Assembly: GCA_963699545.1 (NCBI GenBank)
Contig: CAVOUE010000002.1
Location: 1 to 64,000, forward strand
DNA length: 64,000 nt
Reading direction: 5' to 3'
Source: Nitrospirota bacterium
GTDB taxonomy: Bacteria > Nitrospirota > Thermodesulfovibrionia > Thermodesulfovibrionales > UBA9159
Positions 10,499 through 18,802 of this stretch are shown here, piece after piece. Each line of letters begins with the position of its first letter. Position 1 is the stretch's first letter. A program made the position numbers and the translations under genes. The notes below the pieces were generated by a model. That model made no database searches, had not been told where the DNA came from, and was given only the letters and a program-made list of their open reading frames with translations.

Positions 10499-12451
10499 TT
10501 ACGGCCTGACCTGCCGGTTCACTGCCGCCGCCTCATCATGCCTGCCCGTTTTCTGGTAAGCAAGGGCAAGGTTATGGCGTGCTTCAAAATAATCGGGTTT
10601 CAGCTGAAGCGCATGCCTGAAATACCCGATCGCCTGATCAAAACTCCCTCGGGAGCCATAGGCAATCCCGAGATTGTTATAGGCTTCCGGATAATCCGGC
10701 TTGAGCCTCAGGGCGATCTGGTAGTGCCGCATCCCCTCATCGATCCTGCCTTTGGACACATAGGCAATTCCGAGATTATTATGCGCATCCGCGTCATCCG
10801 GGTTCAGACTTAAGCCTATCATGTACTGTTCTATTGCCTGGTCGGTCATACCCTTTGCGTTGTAAGCAATGCCGAGATTGATACGCGCATCAAGATACCT
10901 CGGTCTGATCTGCAACGCGCTTACGAACTGTTCAACAGCCCGGTCCGTCATGCCCCTTGCGTTGTAAACGAAACCGAGATTATTATGCGCTCTTGCGTTT
11001 GCAGGCGCCTTGCGGACCACATCTTCCCAGAGAGTAAGGCTGTCCTTCCAGACGGTGTTCCGTGCCCAGGTGGCGCCTGAAAGCGCCGCCACTGCTATCA
11101 GGCCAAGGACAAACACTGTCCTTTCCGCTCCGGGCAGTTTTCTCTCCACCTTTATCAATGCCACACCTACCGCTCCAGCAAGCGCGAGAAAGGCCCCTGC
11201 GGAGGGCAGATAAAGCCTGTGTTCGAATATCACATCCGCGATAGGGATAACGCTGGACTCCACAGAGAGCGCGACGAAAAACCAGAGGATGCCGAAGGCG
11301 ATCAGGCGGTAATACCCGGCTTCCGTGAACCGTGAATCGTGACCCGTGAACCGCGCAATCCCCCCTTGCCCCTCGCCTCTTGCCTCTTGCCTGGCTCTGT
11401 AAAGCAGAAAGAGGGCAGTCCCAAGGATCGAGAGCAGAAAGAGAAAGGACAGCAATACGGATGGAGTAAAAAGAGAATGATAGACCGGATAATCATAATC
11501 AAGGTTCTGGTTGATGGGCAGAAATATGAGCCTTAAATAGGTGACGATCACCCGCATCTCTGTCATCAGATAATCCCCCCTTGAGATCACGGACTGGACC
11601 CTCGTCCGTTCACTCAGGTCCGAAAGGATCTCTCCCAGCGGCCTGTTCACCCCCATAATGCTCACCGGAATGATCACAAGGGTCAGCAAGACCGGTATCA
11701 GAAAAAAAAGCTTCTTCTTCAGCGATGACGTAAAAAAAATGAACTCATAGAGGAGGAGCACTACGGGAAGGGTGAACGCGATCTCCTTCGTCTTCATCGC
11801 GAGGACTGCGGATATGACAGACGACGGATACCAGGCAGCAGATGCCGTGAATCGCCTCATTGTTGATTGTTGAACGTTGATCGCCGATTGCTGCGTTGCC
11901 AGTCTTCCCTTCACATACATCACCACTGAAAGCAGATAGAACAGCGCCGCAAGAGAGGTGAACCGCTGCACAATATACGTTACCGCCTGGGTCTGTGCCG
12001 GATGGGCAACAAAAAGAAGGGCAGAAAAGAGGGCAATAAACCGTGAACCGTGAATTGTGAATCGTGAATCGTTTTCACAGCTGACAGCTGACTGTTGACT
12101 GCTGATTGCTGATTGCTGATTGCTGAAGTGCGGCGTTCTGAAGGTCAGGACCACAAGGCAATAGACGAGGATTCCGTTCAATATGTGGATGGCTAAGTTC
12201 ACGATGTGATATCCGATCACCTCAAGCCCACCGACGCGGTAGTTCAGGGCAAAGGTAAGATAGCCGACGTACCTGCGGGTATTGTAGTCGTAGAACTTCT
12301 CACTCGAAATGAAGCTGCCGAGATCATGCATCAGCGAATTGTCCACGATGTTCCCGTGATCATCGAACTGGAAGGGGACGTCGAATGTGTTCGAATAGGC
12401 GATGAGCCCGACTATCGCTATAAGAAGAACAGGCAAAGCTTTCTTTTTCAT
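10499..12451 (-). CDS. TMTC-like GT-C glycosyltransferase with C-terminal TPRs (paralog 1)
   Basis: FQFDD in the first loop, HPAQTQAVTYIVQR, KTKE, EHRLYLPS, RNTVWKD, then NNLG TPR repeats. Confidence 0.85.
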   Translation of the reverse strand: MKKKALPVLLIAIVGLIAYSNTFDVPFQFDDHGNIVDNSLMHDLGSFISSEKFYDYNTRRYVGYLTFALNYRVGGLEVIGYHIVNLAIHILNGILVYCLVVLTFRTPHFSNQQSAISSQQSAVSCENDSRFTIHGSRFIALFSALLFVAHPAQTQAVTYIVQRFTSLAALFYLLSVVMYVKGRLATQQSAINVQQSTMRRFTASAAWYPSSVISAVLAMKTKEIAFTLPVVLLLYEFIFFTSSLKKKLFFLIPVLLTLVIIPVSIMGVNRPLGEILSDLSERTRVQSVISRGDYLMTEMRVIVTYLRLIFLPINQNLDYDYPVYHSLFTPSVLLSFLFLLSILGTALFLLYRARQEARGEGQGGIARFTGHDSRFTEAGYYRLIAFGILWFFVALSVESSVIPIADVIFEHRLYLPSAGAFLALAGAVGVALIKVERKLPGAERTVFVLGLIAVAALSGATWARNTVWKDSLTLWEDVVRKAPANARAHNNLGFVYNARGMTDRAVEQFVSALQIRPRYLDARINLGIAYNAKGMTDQAIEQYMIGLSLNPDDADAHNNLGIAYVSKGRIDEGMRHYQIALRLKPDYPEAYNNLGIAYGSRGSFDQAIGYFRHALQLKPDYFEARHNLALAYQKTGRHDEAAAVNRQVRP

Positions 12452-12503
12452 GATCGAAGAGCCCGGCCGTCCACTTGACTACCTGACCTCGACCTTCTTG
12501 GCC

Positions 12504-13530
12504 TTAACCTTTTTTCCTTGCGTACCACTCATAGGTCTCTGCAATACCCTTCCTCAGCCCTGTCTTCGCTTTCCATCCGAGCGCGTTCAGCTTCGACACA
12601 TCGAGCAGCTTTCTCGGTGTTCCGTCAGGCTTGGAACTGTCATAGACAATGTCTCCCCTCATACCCGACTATTTCCTTGATAAGGACGGCGAGATCACTG
12701 ATGGAGATATCTTTTCCAACCCCGATATTTACCATTTCGGGACCATCATAGTTCTCCATCAGGAACACGCACGCCTCAGCAAGGTCATCGATATAGAGGA
12801 ATTCCCTTCTGGGCGTTCCCGTACCCCAAAGGACAACAGGTCCAGGTCTAAATCCAGGCCCAGATTTAGGTTGAGGTTGAGTAAAACCTTTAGCTTTTCC
12901 CTTATCCTTGACCTTGACCTTATCCTTATCCTCAGCCTGTTGCATGGCAACCTTTGCCTCATGGAACTTTCTTATGAGGGCGGGCAGGACATGAGACGTC
13001 TCGAGATCGAAATTGTCAAAAGGCCCATAGAGGTTGGTGGGCATCACCGAGATGAAGTGTGTCCCATACTGCCTGTTGTATGCCTGGCACATCTTTATTC
13101 CCGCGATCTTCGCTATGGCATAGGGCTCATTGGTCGGCTCCAGCAGGCCCGTCAAAAGATGCTCCTCCTTCATCGGCTGCGGTGCGTATTTCGGGTATAT
13201 GCACGAGCTTCCCAGGAAAAGGAGCTTCTTGACCCCGTTCTGGTATGACGAATGGATGATGTGCGACTGTATCATGATATTGCGGTAGATAAAATCAGCG
13301 GGGTACGTAGCATTGGCCAGTATGCCGCCGACCTTCGCCGCCGCGAGAAACACATATTCAGGCTTCTCCTTTTCGAAGAAAGCCTCGACCTCGGCCTGCC
13401 GCGTAAGGTCGAGCCCCCTGCTCGTCCTGAAGATGAGGTTGTCGTACCCCTCCGATTCCAGTCTTCTCATAATGGCTGAACCAACGAGCCCGCCGTGACC
13501 GGCAACGTAGATGCGGGAGGACTTATTCAT
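12504..13530 (-). CDS. fcl: GDP-L-fucose synthase, frameshift near 12655, in-frame low-complexity insert
   Basis: [24 protein letters not shown] and PTNLYGP. The shifted frame gives [18 protein letters not shown]...YEWY with a stop at 12504. Confidence 0.92.
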
Positions 13531-13539
13531 GCAAGACCA

Positions 13540-13741
13540 CCCGATAAGATAACCACAGAGTCACTGAGGCACAGAGGGTCATGAAACAACTCCCTTAATC
13601 CCATTCTTCAATACCGACAGATCTATTCATTAAACATCTCCCGATAAGATAACCACAGAGTCACTGAGGCACAGAGCGTTTAAGAATCTATTCATTAAAC
13701 ATCTCCCGATAAGATAACCACAGAGTCACTGAGGCACAGAG
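13540..13741 (+). repeat. Three direct copies of a 37-bp repeat containing the 24-bp CCACAGAG arm
   Basis: CCCGATAAGATAACCACAGAGTCACTGAGGCACAGAG starts at 13540, 13640 and 13705. Copies 2 and 3 extend to a 56-bp identity (13621-13676, 13686-13741). Confidence 0.95.
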
Positions 13742-13742
13742 G

Positions 13743-14156
13743 TTATGAAACAAGTCTCTTAATACCATTTTTCAATACCGCAGCATAAAAATTAATGATG
13801 AGACCAACCTTACAATTTGATAGCCTAAGATATGTTAACAGCTGGGCTTCGTGAACAGGCAAAATTGTTTCGACACACTTAAGCTCCACTACCACTTTGT
13901 CATCCACAAGCATATCCATCCGATAGCCACAGTCAAGTTTTATGCCTTTATATTCCAGTGGCAGAGGTCTCTGTCTCTCGAAGGGAATTCCTTGCAGGCC
14001 CAATTCATAACAGAGACATTCTTCATAGGCAGATTCCAATAATCCAGGTCCGAGATGCCGATGAACCTCTATCGCACATGCAATAATATCTTGTGTTAAT
14101 CCTTCATCATAATAGATCTTCTCTGTGTCTCCGTGCCTCTGTGGTTTAATGTGCAT
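13743..14156 (-). CDS. GxxExxY family protein (PD-(D/E)XK nuclease-like)
   Basis: LGPGLLESAYEECL, YRMDMLVDDKVVVELK, AQLLTYL and GLIINF. Confidence 0.92.
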   Translation of the reverse strand: MHIKPQRHGDTEKIYYDEGLTQDIIACAIEVHRHLGPGLLESAYEECLCYELGLQGIPFERQRPLPLEYKGIKLDCGYRMDMLVDDKVVVELKCVETILPVHEAQLLTYLRLSNCKVGLIINFYAAVLKNGIKRLVS

Positions 14157-14251
14157 TTTTTCGAAGAACCCCTGTCGCCTCTTTAATGGCTCTTTTTGTC
14201 AATTTACTTTCACGATAGATCTTCTCTGTGTCTCCGTGCCTCTGTGGTTTA
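14112..14251 (-). repeat. Two direct copies of a 37-bp repeat containing the inverted 24-bp arm
   Basis: ATAGATCTTCTCTGTGTCTCCGTGCCTCTGTGGTTTA at 14112-14148 and 14215-14251. Confidence 0.95.
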
Positions 14252-14268
14252 GCATTCATGTTCTTCAT
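14146..14268 (-). pseudogene. 5' relic of a second GxxExxY allele (40 aa)
   Basis: MKNMNAKPQRHGDTEKIYRESKLTKRAIKEATGVLR aligns without gaps to the gene start KPQRHGDTEKIYYDEGLTQDIIACAIEVHR. Confidence 0.7.
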
Positions 14269-14276
14269 TTGCTTTT

Positions 14277-15363
14277 CTACTCACGATGTTTGAATGTCCT
14301 GAACCCTTCCCTCTTGCAGAGCTGATCCCTCTCCGCTTCCTTCAGGTCTTCCCGCACCATCTCGGAGACCAGTTCAGGGAACGTGATCGTGGGTGACCAG
14401 CCGAGCTTCTCCCTGGCCTTTGCGGGATCGCCGAGGAGCGTGTCGACCTCCGTCGGTCTGAAATAACGCTCGTCAACTTCGACGATCACCTTTCCGGTCT
14501 CTTTGTCGCATCCTTTCTCATCGATCCCTTTGCCTTTCCACTTGATATCGATCCCGACCTCCTGGAAGGCGGCGTGCACGAACTCCCTCACCGAATGCTG
14601 CTCTCCCGTGGCTATCACAAAGTCATCTGGCTCATCCTGCTGGAGGATCAGCCACTGGGCCACAATGAAATCTCTCGCGTGCCCCCAGTCGCGTCTCGCG
14701 TTCAGATTGCCGAGGAAGAGTTTCCCCTGCAATCCGAGTTTTATCCTTGCCGCCGCGCGGGTGATCTTGCGCGTGACAAAGGTCTCGCCACGGATCGGTG
14801 ACTCATGATTAAAAAGGATGCCGTTGCAGGCAAAGAAATCATAGGCCTCGCGGTAGTTCACCGTGATCCAGTACGAATAGAGTTTTGCAACGCCGTAGGG
14901 GCTTCTCGGATAGAAGGGCGTTGTTTCATTCTGCGGCGTTTCCTTCGCCTTGCCGTACATCTCTGACGTGGATGCCTGGTAGAACCGGGTCTTTTTCCCA
15001 AGACCGAGGATCCTGATGGCCTCAAGGAGTCTCAGGGTGCCCAGGGCATCCGAATTGGCGGTGTATTCGGGTGTCTCGAAGGAGACCATGACATGACTCT
15101 GTGCCGCGAGGTTATAGATCTCATCGGGCTGGACTTCCTGGATGATCCGGATGAGGTTCGTGGCGTCGGTGAGGTCTCCGTAATGCAGCCTGAACTTGAC
15201 CCTTTTTTCGTGGGGGTCTCTGTAGAGATGGTCGATCCTGTCGGTGTTGAAAAGGGATGCCCTCCGTTTTATCCCGTGGACCACATACCCCTTGTCAAGC
15301 AAGAAACTCGGCCAGATAGGCCCCGTCCTGTCCGGTAACGCCCGTGATCAAAGCGGTCTTCAT
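14277..15363 (-). CDS. gmd: GDP-mannose 4,6-dehydratase, frameshift near 15304
   Basis: [19 protein letters not shown] from 15363, then [33 protein letters not shown] and RPTEVD. Confidence 0.95.
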
Positions 15364-15555
15364 GATGTCACGTTCTCCTTTTCTCTATGGGTATGAACTT
15401 TCACCGCATCCAGCATGATATTCTTTCCTATGAGCACGCCAAACGTCAATTGGTCGATCAGCCTGCTCACGGGAAAGAAGATCCTGCCATACAGCACAAT
15501 TGTCTTCTCGCTGAATGCGTTCATGTGTCTCCGGTCTTGTGAACTTCGTGGAAAA

Positions 15556-16971
15556 TTACCCGGGTTTTGCACTTCCCCGCCCGATCTTAATGCGGACGAA
15601 ACTGATGAGCACCATCCGCAGCAACATCAACCCGTGGCGAAATCGATTGATATTCGTGCTGCCGTATGTGCGTTCCCTGTAGCGGATAGGGATGTCCACA
15701 ATGCCGAGGCCAAGGACCGCTGCCGGGAAGATCAGCTCGAAATCCCCGAATGGATCAAAATCCCCGAAATCCTTTCGCCAGGCCGTGATGCGCTCATAAT
15801 CCGATCGGGATACCAGCTTGGTGCCGCAGAGCGAATCGCCGATCCGCACGTCGAGCACCCAACTCAGGACTTTGGCAAAAAAGATGTTTCCCAGAAGGTT
15901 CAGAAATCGCATAGCCTGTCCTTCCATCGGATACACAAGGCGTGAGCCGTTGATGAAGTCGGCATGGCCCTCGCAATAGGCATCATAGAAACGGGTAAGC
16001 AGTTCAGGCGGCATCGTGAGGTCGGCGTCAAGGATCGTCAGGAGATCGCCGCTTGCCTGGGAGAAGCCCAGACGGACCGCGTCGTTCTTCCCTCTGCCTG
16101 TCTGCTGAAAGGCCTTGATCGGAAATTTGACGCGATACTTTTCGCTGACCCTTTCTATTTCTTCCCAGGTACCGTCTGTCGAATGCCCCTCCACGAAGAT
16201 GATCTCCAGGCTGCACCCGAAATCCGGCATACGCTTCAGCGCGTTTTCGATATTGGCGTATTCATTTCGGGCAGGGATAATGCACGAGAGCGAGGGTTTG
16301 TATTGGGTCTCGGACTTGATCGGCCTGAGGACCGCAAGATATGCGAAGCTGAGCCACCGCACGCCGGGAATGCAGGGCAGTATGCGGTTAAAAAAATTCC
16401 CCAATCCCCATAACTTCCACGGGCAATAGGCGGCCAACCGGGTTCTGACTATTTCATAGCCGGAGAGTTCAGCAATGTTCTCCAGGTCCACCCTTGTAAG
16501 AAAGGTTGTCGGCACCGGCCCTTTCCGTATTCCGAAACGGTTGGCTAACCTGTACAACCAGTCCAGATAAGGATTGTAGGCAACGACCAATACCCGTGAG
16601 GTCCTGCTGAGCAAAGACTTGAGTTTCATCAGGAGCCCCTGTATATCATAGTGGTGGTTGAACGTGCCATTAAGCAAAATAGCGGTTCGAATGTTCTTCT
16701 CCCCCGTCAGATCAGGGAATACGTCGTTCTCTCTTACCACCTCTTTGCGCTTGGCCTCCATTTCACTCAAGAGTGTGCCGGTGTCCTCCTTTCTCGGCAG
16801 CCACTGGATAACCCGGTCAAAATAACGTGTCAGAGTGGATAATTCAGAGGCTATTAACCGGTTAACATACATATTCCATCCGGCATTCTTTGTGCTTGAT
16901 GAAGCAGACCCGTTCATTTTCGTAATTCCCTGTTGTGTAACCTTGCCATTGAAGTGTTTAAATGCTGCCAC
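15556..16971 (-). CDS. Family 2 glycosyltransferase with N-terminal methyltransferase-like region (start uncertain)
   Basis: IIPARNE, EGHSTDGT, ILDADLT, DSLCGTK and DPFGDFEL. Confidence 0.85.
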   Translation of the reverse strand: MAAFKHFNGKVTQQGITKMNGSASSSTKNAGWNMYVNRLIASELSTLTRYFDRVIQWLPRKEDTGTLLSEMEAKRKEVVRENDVFPDLTGEKNIRTAILLNGTFNHHYDIQGLLMKLKSLLSRTSRVLVVAYNPYLDWLYRLANRFGIRKGPVPTTFLTRVDLENIAELSGYEIVRTRLAAYCPWKLWGLGNFFNRILPCIPGVRWLSFAYLAVLRPIKSETQYKPSLSCIIPARNEYANIENALKRMPDFGCSLEIIFVEGHSTDGTWEEIERVSEKYRVKFPIKAFQQTGRGKNDAVRLGFSQASGDLLTILDADLTMPPELLTRFYDAYCEGHADFINGSRLVYPMEGQAMRFLNLLGNIFFAKVLSWVLDVRIGDSLCGTKLVSRSDYERITAWRKDFGDFDPFGDFELIFPAAVLGLGIVDIPIRYRERTYGSTNINRFRHGLMLLRMVLISFVRIKIGRGSAKPG

Positions 16972-17007
16972 GCACGATTGAAGCCCGCTCAGCCGGTCTT
17001 AAGGCGG

Positions 17008-17029
17008 GCCTGCCTGCCGGCAGGCAGGC
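17008..17029. repeat. Perfect 22-bp palindrome
   Basis: GCCTGCCTGCCGGCAGGCAGGC. Confidence 0.9.
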
Positions 17030-17219
17030 TACCGCCGTTCAGGTCACACAGAGGGCCTGTCCGCACAGTTCATATCTGCCCGTATTCATACTCACTGGGC
17101 ATCTCTTGTCATGACGTTGAGTGGCTCATCAAAAACCGTCAAGTGGTCAAGTCGTTGCGCTGTGACTACCTAACCACTTGTAAATGGCTCCTCAACTACT
17201 CAACCTCTTAACCAATTAA

Positions 17220-17837
17220 CTACTCAATTTCACTTATCGAAAAGATGCCCTTTATCTCTTTTTTGTTTGTTTTATTGCGAAGGAGCTCGGCATGGATCGC
17301 CTCCCTTTTCAGGTACGAGGCGACGATTATACAGTCATAGTCGAGAGAGGGAAGATCGCGTATCGGCCTTATATCCCTGCCGAAGAATTTCTTCCCGGCC
17401 ATCTCCCCGTCCACAACTCCCGAAAGTTCGATGTCGGTCTCCTGGAGAGTGAGGTACGCGATCTCGGCCACTTCGTCAGAGCCTGCGAAGACAACCTTCT
17501 TTACTCCATGGGAACGGAGTTCGGCAAACAACTGTTTGAGGTTGGCCCTTGCTTGACGATAGATCCTGATATAATCCTGGAACATATGGTAGCTGAGGCG
17601 GGTCTTTTCAGAGAAACCCGTCGGAGTGAGATAATATGCATACTTCCTCGGGGGTATGGACTTTACCGTGATGAACCCCTTTGCCACGAGGTTCTTTATG
17701 TAAGAGTTCACGAGGCCGAGCGCGATACCAAGACGGCTGCTGAGGTCCCTCTGCGTCAGCGATTCATTGGCCGAAAGCTCGGTGAGTATCTGGAGGGACC
17801 GGTGCTCTTCGGAATCGGAGGCGCGGCTATTGTTCAT
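17220..17837 (-). CDS. MarR-type winged-helix regulator (EPS-cluster associated) with C-terminal Rossmann-like domain
   Basis: TQRDLSSRLGIALGLVNSYIK and YYLTPTGFSEKTRL. Confidence 0.88.
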   Translation of the reverse strand: MNNSRASDSEEHRSLQILTELSANESLTQRDLSSRLGIALGLVNSYIKNLVAKGFITVKSIPPRKYAYYLTPTGFSEKTRLSYHMFQDYIRIYRQARANLKQLFAELRSHGVKKVVFAGSDEVAEIAYLTLQETDIELSGVVDGEMAGKKFFGRDIRPIRDLPSLDYDCIIVASYLKREAIHAELLRNKTNKKEIKGIFSISEIE

Positions 17838-17852
17838 ATCTTGAACAATAGC
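17826..17852. promoter_or_regulatory. Candidate autoregulatory operator over the promoter and start codon
   Basis: GCTATTGTTCA-N5-TGAACAATAGC; the minus strand shows TTGACT-N18-TATTGT. Confidence 0.6.
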
Positions 17853-17963
17853 ACCGGCCCCCCGCCGAAGTCAATACCTAAGACCCGTGAAGAGTGGTTG
17901 CCACAGCCACAACCCGGCCATCAACCACTTGACACACAACCACCTGACAATTCCGCAACCCGA

Positions 17964-18647
17964 CTACTGACCCGGCTTCTTCGCCTCTGCACCGGGCTTC
18001 ATTCCGGCTTCAGGGAGGAGTATCTCGATCTTCGCGTTCTTCTTCAGCTCCTGCTCCCACGCTCGTTTCCTCTTCTCCACCGCCCGCTCATTTCCCGCAC
18101 CTTTTTCCTTCACTTTCTCAGAGATCTCCCCGGCGGTTATCATACGGAAAAGCTGTTCCCTCTCGATCAGCTTTCTCACAGAGGCTTCTGTGATATCCTG
18201 CCTTTTAAGGTGCTCCGCGTACTCTTTTTCCGTGCCGATCTTCGCCTTATACTGCTGCAGCATTTCATCGATAGTCTGTTTCGGCACGTCCATTTTCCGC
18301 CTGATCGCCTCCTGGATCGCAAGTTCCCTGAATACGAGGAGATCGAGGGCCTCTTTCTGTACCTTCTTTTCAAGTTCGGGCGTCATCTGCTGTCCGCCCT
18401 TCACATAGTCCGAGGTAAGCCTGGTCGCTCTGGTGAAGAGGTCGTACTTCGTGATGGTTGCTCCGTTGACCCGCGCCACCACGACCTTTTTCAACTCCTC
18501 CATACCTTTCGTATACTGTTCCATCATCTTCTCATGCCCGGCAGGCTTCTCCTTCTTCCCCGGTTTCTCTTTGGAGCATGAGAAACCGGTCAGGGCGATA
18601 AGCGCCATCACAAGTACGATCATTCCTGCTGATATCCTGTTCTTCAT
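17964..18647 (-). CDS. SurA N-terminal-domain lipoprotein (chaperone-like)
   Basis: Lipobox-like LTGFSC, VVARVNGATIT, ELAIQEA and ELKKNAKIEI. Confidence 0.75.
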   Translation of the reverse strand: MKNRISAGMIVLVMALIALTGFSCSKEKPGKKEKPAGHEKMMEQYTKGMEELKKVVVARVNGATITKYDLFTRATRLTSDYVKGGQQMTPELEKKVQKEALDLLVFRELAIQEAIRRKMDVPKQTIDEMLQQYKAKIGTEKEYAEHLKRQDITEASVRKLIEREQLFRMITAGEISEKVKEKGAGNERAVEKRKRAWEQELKKNAKIEILLPEAGMKPGAEAKKPGQ

Positions 18648-18802
18648 TTGTTCTCCCTCAATCCTTCGCCCGTTTTTCGAGCTCGTCCTTTCTCTCGGCG
18701 CAGATCGTCGTCTGAATCTTCGCAGCTTTCTTCAATTCAGCCTCCCGCTTCTTTTCCTTTTTTCCACACCTTTGTCTGACGTGTTATCACCGGCCAGGAC
18801 CT

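Noticed and set aside
13540-13741. CRISPR array
   Set aside because: Only three repeats with unequal periods (100 and 65 bp). The intervening DNA is partly duplicated or a gene relic, and no cas genes are in the window.
13579-13780. Diversity-generating retroelement TR/VR pair
   Set aside because: Only 38 bp, two of the five differences are not at adenines, and no reverse transcriptase is in the window.
17292-18581. Long plus-strand ORF (likewise 50-1159, 19698-20594 and 63192-63971)
   Set aside because: These are antisense shadows of well-supported minus-strand genes and show no recognisable motifs.
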